Shown here: piece by piece, positions 58,142 to 64,000 of the stretch
How the letters are laid out: each line of letters starts with the position of its first letter
Position numbering within the stretch: position 1 is the stretch's first letter
Source: an uncultured delta proteobacterium
Lineage (GTDB): Bacteria; Desulfobacterota; Desulfobacteria; Desulfobacterales; UBA2156
Assembly (NCBI GenBank): GCA_963698465.1
Contig: CAVOQY010000008.1
Coordinates: 7,802-71,801 of the forward strand
Direction: 5' to 3'
Length of the DNA stretch: 64,000 nt
Position numbers and translations under genes: made by a program
Notes under the pieces: model-generated
Databases searched by the model: none
Seen by the model: the letters and a program-made list of their open reading frames with translations, nothing else
Told to the model about the DNA's origin: nothing

Positions 58142-61140
58142 ATGCCGCACCGGCTGGAAATCGCCCTGAAACCGGAACTGAGGGACCCCGAAGGAGAGGC
58201 GATCCTGAAGAAGGCCCTCGATTATTTCGGCATCCGCCTGGACTGCGTCCGGGTGGTCAACGTGCTGACCTTCGACGCCGATTTCACCGTCCCGCAACTG
58301 GCGACCCTCAAAGACGAGATCTTCACCAACCCGGTGACCCAGCTGTCCTCCTTCGAGCCTTTGCCCGTTCCCTTCGACTGGGCCATCTGGGTGGGGTACC
58401 GGCCGGGGGTGCGGGACAACCCGGGCAGCACCGCCATGGAGGCTTGCGAGGATGTTCTGGGCATCCGCTTTCCTGCCGGGCAGGCCGTGTACACCTCCAA
58501 GCGCTATTGCCTGTCCGGACTCCATCTGGCCCGGCCCGACGTCGAATGCATCGCCACCGAGCTTTTGGCAAACGACATCATCCAGCAATGGAAGCTTTTC
58601 AGCAAAAAAGCGTGGGATGCAAAAACCGGGATCGGGTGGATCGTTCCCAAGGTGGTGCTGGATCACAGGCCCACGGTCACCGTCATCCCCATCGAAAGCG
58701 ACGCGAAACTGGCCGAGGTCAGCCGGGCGCGGAACCTGGCGCTCAACCCCGACGACATCCCCACCATCCGGGCCTATTTCCTCGATGACGCGGTGCGGGC
58801 GCAGAGGGCCGCCGTGGGGCTTTCCGACCCCACCGATGTGGAGATCGAATACATCTCCCAGGCCAGGAGCGATCACTGCAATCACAACACCTTCCGGGGC
58901 CTGTTTCGGTACACGGACCTTTCCGACGGGCGGCAGGAGGCGGTGGACAACCTCTTCAAGACCTTCATCGAGGCGCCCACGCTGGCTTTGATGGAGAAAA
59001 AACCGTGGGTGATCTCGGTGCTGTGGGACAATGCCGGCGTGGGGCGGCTCAACGCGCATTTTCATTACGTGATCACCGGCGAAACCCACAATTCCCCGTC
59101 CAACATGGAGGCCTACGGCGGAGCCCTCACCGGGATCGTGGGGATCTACCGGGACCCCATGGGGACCGGGAAAGGGTCGAAGCTGATCATGGGAAGCTAC
59201 GGCTTCTGCACGGGGCACCGCGACTACCAGGGGGAGCTCAAGCCCCGGCTGCACCCCAGGCGCCTTTTGGACGGCGTCATCGAGGGGGTCCGGGACGGCG
59301 GGAACAAGAGCGGCATCCCCACCGCCTTCGGTCAGGTCTTCTTCAACCCCGGGTACATGGGAAAATGCCTGGTCTTCGTCACCGCCCTCGGGCTCATGCC
59401 GGAGAGGGTGAAGGGGGCGCCGGCCGACCGGAAGAGCATCACACCGGGGGACCTGGTCGTCATGTGCGGCGGCCGGGTCGGCAAGGACGGTATCCACGGG
59501 GTCACCGCCTCCTCCGAGTCCTTTTCCGAGCACACGCCGGCAGGGCACGTCCAGATCGGCGACCCCTACACCCAGAAGAAGATGCACGATTTTCTGCTGG
59601 AGGCCCGGGACGAGGGTCTGATCCGGTTTATCACGGACAACGGCGGCGGCGGCCTCTCGTCTTCCGTGGGGGAGTCGGCCCGGTTCTCCGGGGGCTGCGA
59701 GATCGAACTGGAAAAGGTCCCCCTCAAGTACGAGGGGCTCGACCAGTGGGAGATCTGGGTCTCCGAATCCCAGGAGCGCATGACCGTGGCGGTGCGTCCC
59801 CAGGACCTCGAGCCCTTCATGGCCCTTTCGAAAAAGCACGCCGTGGAAAGCACGGTCATCGGCCGCTACACGGATTCGGGAAAGCTCCACATCACCTACG
59901 ACGGCAAGACCTGCGCCTACGTGGATTTGGATCTTCTGACCGCCGGGTTTCCCCAGTGGGAATTCGACGCCCAATGGATTCCCCCGGAGCAGCGGGGGCT
60001 TCTGGAGCCGGTTCTTACGGAGCCGCAGGACCTTACGGCGCTGCTTTTCGGACATGCTGGCCCGGCCCAATATCTGTTCCAAGGAGTGGATCGTCCGGCA
60101 GTACGACCATGAGGTCCAGGGAACGAGCGTCATCAAACCTCTGGTGGGAAGGCAGCGGGACATCCCCGGCGACGCGGCGGTGATCCGGCCGGTCCTGTCC
60201 TCTGAAACCGGGCTGGCCTTTGCCCAGGCGCTGTATCCCCACCTATTCCGCAATCGACGCGTACCCCATGACGGCCTGCATCATCGACGAGGCGGTGCGG
60301 CGGGTCGTTGCCGTGGGCGGGACCCTGGACCACATCGGGGGCGTGGACAATTTCTGCTGGCCCAACATCCAGTACCACCCCGCAGAAAACCCGGACGGCC
60401 GGTTCAAGGCCGCCCAGCTGGTGCGTTCCTGCCGGGCCCTGAAAGAGATGTGCGAGGCCTACGAGATCCCGCTCCTTTCCGGGAAAGACAGCATGTACGT
60501 GGACGGGCATCTGCCGGGCAGATACGGAGAAACCCACAAGGTCTCGGCCCTGCCCACCCTCCAGTTTTCGGCCACCAGCGTTATCGACGACATCGGGAAA
60601 TGCCAGACACTGGAGTGCAAGGTCCCCGGGGACCTGGTCTACATATTGGGCGTCACCCGGAACGAACTGGGCGCCTCGGAGTACTACGAGCGCTTCGGGT
60701 ACGTGGGCCTCAACGTCCCCCGGGTGGACCCGGAGGCCTTCCTCCCCCTTTACCGGGCCCTGGAAAAGGCAGTGTCGGCAGGGCTTGCCGCATCGGTGCA
60801 CGGCATCTACCGGGGGGGGCTGGGCGTGCATTTGGCCCTGGTGGCCATGGCCGGGTGCCTGGGGATGGAAATCGACCTGACGAAAGTCCCTGCGGAGGCG
60901 GTTTCAAGATGCGACACGCTCCTTTTTTCCGAATCCGCCGGCCGGTTCATCGTCACCGTGGACCCGAAAAACCGGGAGGCCTTCGAGACGCTTTTTAAAG
61001 ACCTTCCCCTCGGCTGCGCGGGGCGCGTGACCGAAACCCCTGTTGTCAAAATCCTGGGGCCGGACGGCCGGGTCCGGGTGTCGGCGGATGTCTTTGCGCT
61101 CAAGAAAGCCTGGAAGCGGCCCTTCGGAGGCCTGGTATGA
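58142..61140 (+). CDS. purL: Phosphoribosylformylglycinamidine synthase, PurS-PurL fusion; two frameshifts (about 60040-60056 and C-run 60237-60240)
   Basis: The N-terminal PurS-like segment reads MPHRLEIALKPELRDPEGEAILKKALDYFGI...TNPVTQ. The PurL core includes SDHCNHNTF and GETHNSPS. Two collinear pieces follow: MLARPNICSKEWIVRQYDHEVQG, then PTYSAIDAYPMTACIIDEAVRR.... Confidence 0.85.
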
Positions 61141-61949
61141 GACGCGTCAAGTCCCTGGTGCTCACCGGATACGGTCTCAACTGCGACCACGAGACCGCCC
61201 ATGCCTTCGCCCTTGCAGGCGCGGATGCGGACCGGGTCCACATCAACTCCCTCATCGACGGATCCGCCTCCATCGACGCCTACCAGGTCCTTGCTTTTGT
61301 GGGCGGTTTTTCCTGGGGCGACGACCACGGGGCGGGGGTGATCCAGGCGGTGCGGATGCGCACCCATCTGGGGGAAGGCCTCGTTGAATTCGTCGAAAAA
61401 GGGGGCTTGATCCTGGGGATCTGCAACGGGTTCCAGACCCTGGTGAACATGGGGCTGCTCCCGGGTCTGGATGACGACTACCGCCGCCGGTGCGTGTCTC
61501 TCCTGGGAAACGACAGCGGCAATTTCAGAAACGACTGGGTCACGCTCAAGGTCAACCCCGAGTCCCCTTGTGTCTTCACGAAAGGGCTTGATCTCTTGGA
61601 GTTTCCCGTCCGTCACGGGGAGGGAAAATTCTTCACGGACCCGGATACGCTGAACCGGATTTTTGAAAGCAGACAGGCGGTCCTGCGCTACGCCCTTGCC
61701 GACGGCAGCCCGGCCGGGGGCCGGTTTCCCGAAAACCCCAACGGCTCCCTGGAGGACATCGCGGGCATCTGCGACCCGACGGGGAGGATCTTCGGCCTCA
61801 TGCCGCACCCCGAGGCCTACAATCACCCGGCCAACCACCCCCAATGGACCTGGGAGAAAGAGATCGCCCGTCGCCGCGGTTTATCCTTCGTCCCACCCCG
61901 GGAACTGGGCACCCGCCTTTTTCAAAACGCCGTCGATTTTTTTAAATAG
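61137..61949 (+). CDS. purQ: Phosphoribosylformylglycinamidine synthase, glutamine amidotransferase subunit
   Basis: Reads MRRVKSLVLTGYGLNCDHET...GGFSWGDD...ILGICNGFQ...MPHPE. Confidence 0.85.
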   Translation: MRRVKSLVLTGYGLNCDHETAHAFALAGADADRVHINSLIDGSASIDAYQVLAFVGGFSWGDDHGAGVIQAVRMRTHLGEGLVEFVEKGGLILGICNGFQTLVNMGLLPGLDDDYRRRCVSLLGNDSGNFRNDWVTLKVNPESPCVFTKGLDLLEFPVRHGEGKFFTDPDTLNRIFESRQAVLRYALADGSPAGGRFPENPNGSLEDIAGICDPTGRIFGLMPHPEAYNHPANHPQWTWEKEIARRRGLSFVPPRELGTRLFQNAVDFFK

Positions 61950-62000
61950 GCGAAACGTCCGCGCTAACTCGCCCTCGAGGGAAAGCTTCAATGCTTTTCT

Positions 62001-62047
62001 GTCATTCCAGTGAAACCCGGAATCCAGAATGGGTTGCGGGTTCCGGG
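62001..62047. repeat. REP-like palindromic element between convergent purQ and the PMT gene (possible bidirectional terminator)
   Basis: GTCATTCCagtgaaacccGGAATCCAG is followed by cccggaa (62017-62023) pairing with ttccggg (62041-62047). The core is related to the element at 16668-16771. Confidence 0.4.
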
Positions 62048-62050
62048 CGG

Positions 62051-63400
62051 TCAGCGCGGGAAGAGCCAACCGAAAAGGATCCGCTCGTACCAGTTAGGGT
62101 AGGTCCATCCGAAAGTCACCGGAGAGATGAAGAGAAACCCTGCAGCGACGAGGGCCATCGCACCCCAATAAGACGGCCGTTGCCTGGCAATCCCCCCTTT
62201 CAAGATCCACCCCGTGTCGTCGAGCGTCCGCACGAAAAACACCAGGGAAAAAAGGAGCGGCGGCAGGTAGTGATACATGAACAGCACCCGGGGGATGCCG
62301 ACGTGGGGAAGGTAGGAAATCAGGAATCCGGCGACCGGAAGCCAAGCCATCATCGCTTTTTCTGTAAGTTTCGACCCCGGTGCCTTCCAAAATTTAGATA
62401 GCCTCCATGCAAGCGCCCCGACAAACGCCAGGGTGCCCCCCCACCACACCGCGGGATTACCCAAAAAGTAGATCCCGGCCTTGGGCCCGCTCCAGTAGAA
62501 GATGGGTCGGGTCATGAGCGGCCACCCCCACCAGGGGCTGGAATAGGAGTGGGTTTTCCCTAAAAAATAGTTGTACCGCAGCATGACCGAGTGCATCTTG
62601 AAAAGGTCGGTAAAGAAGTTGCCCTTGGGCCAGTAAAACGCGTCCCCGGGTCCGTCGGCGGGAAGCAGGGCGAAATGCAGGTACCAGCCGGTCAGGTACA
62701 CCGCAACCGTCCCCGCAAGGATCAGGAGGCAGTTTTTACTTTCAGCGGCCAGCGACGGCCGGCTCCGATCGGCGGCAACTCGCACAGCGGCGAAGGCAAA
62801 CGGCAGCGCCAGGGCCGTCAGCCCCGTGAACTTAATGCCGACCGCCAGACCGGCCGCCCCGCCGCAAAGAAGAAGCAAAAGATTGCGCCGTAAAGGGTTT
62901 TCGCATCCCCGGGCGGCGATGAAAAGGCACAGGCTTCCGAAAATAGCCGTCAGGAGAATGCCGTCGATGGCGATGATGCGGGTCTGGACAAGAAAGGCGT
63001 TGTCCAAGGTCACGAGCAGGGCCCCGAAAAACGCCGCCGCCCGCGAGGCCCCGAGCTGCATAATCAGGATGAAAAGGATGAGGCTTATGGCGATCCCGGA
63101 GGCGGCCGGAATGAGGCGAAAGGCGTAAATGGGAGTCTTCCCGTACTCGTTGCCGATGGTCTCGAACCCGAAGCCGCCGTCATATCCGGATGCGGAAACG
63201 GCCGCCGCGATGAGCAGTTTCCCGTGGGGGGGATGGATGTCGAAAAACCGCCGCCCCGAGCAGCAGTAGGCATTGATGAATTTGCCGAAATGCACCTCGT
63301 CGAAAACTACGCTGCGGGGTTTGTCCAGAAAGACGAGGTGCAAAGCCGATGAAATCAGCAACAGCAAAAGCAGCAGGGTGCGCCTCGAACCCTTTTCCAT
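62051..63400 (-). CDS. GT39 family dolichyl-phosphate-mannose-protein mannosyltransferase homologue (bacterial PMT, no MIR domains)
   Basis: Reads VVFDEVHFGKFINAYCCSGRRFFDIHPPHGKLL. This matches the PMT first-loop DE motif and the following HPP.GK motif. 449-aa polytopic protein. Confidence 0.75.
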   Translation of the reverse strand: MEKGSRRTLLLLLLLISSALHLVFLDKPRSVVFDEVHFGKFINAYCCSGRRFFDIHPPHGKLLIAAAVSASGYDGGFGFETIGNEYGKTPIYAFRLIPAASGIAISLILFILIMQLGASRAAAFFGALLVTLDNAFLVQTRIIAIDGILLTAIFGSLCLFIAARGCENPLRRNLLLLLCGGAAGLAVGIKFTGLTALALPFAFAAVRVAADRSRPSLAAESKNCLLILAGTVAVYLTGWYLHFALLPADGPGDAFYWPKGNFFTDLFKMHSVMLRYNYFLGKTHSYSSPWWGWPLMTRPIFYWSGPKAGIYFLGNPAVWWGGTLAFVGALAWRLSKFWKAPGSKLTEKAMMAWLPVAGFLISYLPHVGIPRVLFMYHYLPPLLFSLVFFVRTLDDTGWILKGGIARQRPSYWGAMALVAAGFLFISPVTFGWTYPNWYERILFGWLFPR

Positions 63401-63406
63401 GATTTC

Positions 63407-64000
63407 CTACCGGGTCTTGAAGATCAGGTGGTTTTCCGTGTCCAGCATCAGGAGATGGTTTTCTTCGAAAAAGGCCGTGTTTGCCTTGAAGGCCTCTTTT
63501 TCCCTCGGCCCGATGATGACATAGTCGATTTTGTGCTTTTTAATCAACGCATTTGCACCGGGATCCCCCCTAAAGACGGCCTGAACCTCGTTTTCGCGCA
63601 CCCGGTAATCGATGCCCCACGACCACAGCCACCCCCGGTAGCCCATCACGATCTTTCGCCCGGAAAGATCCACCACCCAGGGATTATGGGAATCCGCGGC
63701 AAGAAACACGGATTTTTTCGGCGTGATGTTTCTCACGACTTCCGCAAGCCTGATTTCCTGGGGGCTCCACATCAAAAGCTTGTTTTTTTCAAAATTCAGC
63801 ATGGATGCCGCATCCATGGCGCCCGACAGGATAACTGCGGCAAAAAGCAGCATTCCACCTGAGATCTTAAGGGGGCTTTTTCCCTCCCACCGGACAAACC
63901 ACCCGGCAACCAGGATGCTCGAAGCCAGGTACCAGAACCGCAGGAGCTTGGTGTTGTCGTATTCCCAGGGCTGGAATATCCACAGGTTTGCCAGGATGAA
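63407..64000 (-). CDS. Membrane protein, C-terminal part (gene continues past the right edge); possibly another GT-C type enzyme
   Basis: The frame stays open upstream of the ORF-track Met at 63853. It reads FILANLWIFQPWEYDNTKLLRFWYLASSILVAGWFVRWEGKSPLKISGGMLLFAAVILSG..., followed by a soluble C-terminal domain. Confidence 0.5.
   Translation of the reverse strand, partial: FILANLWIFQPWEYDNTKLLRFWYLASSILVAGWFVRWEGKSPLKISGGMLLFAAVILSGAMDAASMLNFEKNKLLMWSPQEIRLAEVVRNITPKKSVFLAADSHNPWVVDLSGRKIVMGYRGWLWSWGIDYRVRENEVQAVFRGDPGANALIKKHKIDYVIIGPREKEAFKANTAFFEENHLLMLDTENHLIFKTR

Noticed and set aside
56909-60253. 1114-aa stop-free ORF on the minus strand
   Set aside because: It is antisense to rseP and purL, which have unmistakable motifs. 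Its sequence is low-complexity and Arg/Gly/Pro/His-rich, as expected for the shadow frame of high-GC genes. It has no recognisable domain.
1-64000. CRISPR arrays, rRNA genes, intact prophage or integrase genes
   Set aside because: While reading the window I noticed no regularly spaced direct repeats, no rRNA-like sequence, and no integrase, recombinase or phage structural motifs.

Overview
High-GC bacterial chromosomal segment. Gene content and order fit a Desulfobacterota (deltaproteobacterium-like) organism; this is inference only. The backbone is housekeeping: trkH-trkA, birA-bioY-bioM-bioN, a four-gene prkA-yeaH-spoVR-prkA-like operon, mpl, cobB, hemL, folC, rpsU, adk, cca, coaE, rho, rpmE-prfA-prmC, rpsB-tsf-pyrH-frr-uppS-cdsA-dxr-rseP, and purSL-purQ. 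There are three tRNA genes: Glu-UUC, Lys-UUU and Arg-CCG. Two blocks look more AT-rich by eye, and each abuts the 3' end of a tRNA gene. Block 1 (about 3016-10495) holds GT-C type membrane glycosyltransferases, an asparagine-synthase remnant, a decayed IS5-family transposase, an orphan promoter/structured-RNA/terminator unit and two orphan ORFs. Block 2 (about 37858-42386) holds a small YLDPGS-motif membrane protein, a membrane-anchored sulfotransferase and a large sulfatase-like membrane protein. Envelope glycosylation genes also sit at both window edges: radical SAM, GT1 and GT2 on the left, and a GT39 PMT homologue plus a partial membrane protein on the right. I found no rRNA, no CRISPR array and no intact mobile element. 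Caveat: at least eight genes, including the normally essential hemL, dxr and purL, are broken by single-base indels. Several of these lie in homopolymer runs, so I read them as assembly or sequencing errors, not real pseudogenes. Best candidates for unexplored biology: (1) an atypical tail-anchored Ser/Thr-kinase-like protein with two lipoproteins, divergent from a dual-FHA / hybrid histidine kinase / DUF89 operon; (2) the second, divergent PrkA-like ATPase closing the prkA-yeaH-spoVR operon; (3) the unclassified structured RNA at 9412-9557; (4) a KptA/Tpt1-like protein with a degenerate catalytic tetrad and a polybasic tail; (5) the sulfotransferase/sulfatase-like cluster. All functional calls rest on motif recognition by eye; no database search was run.
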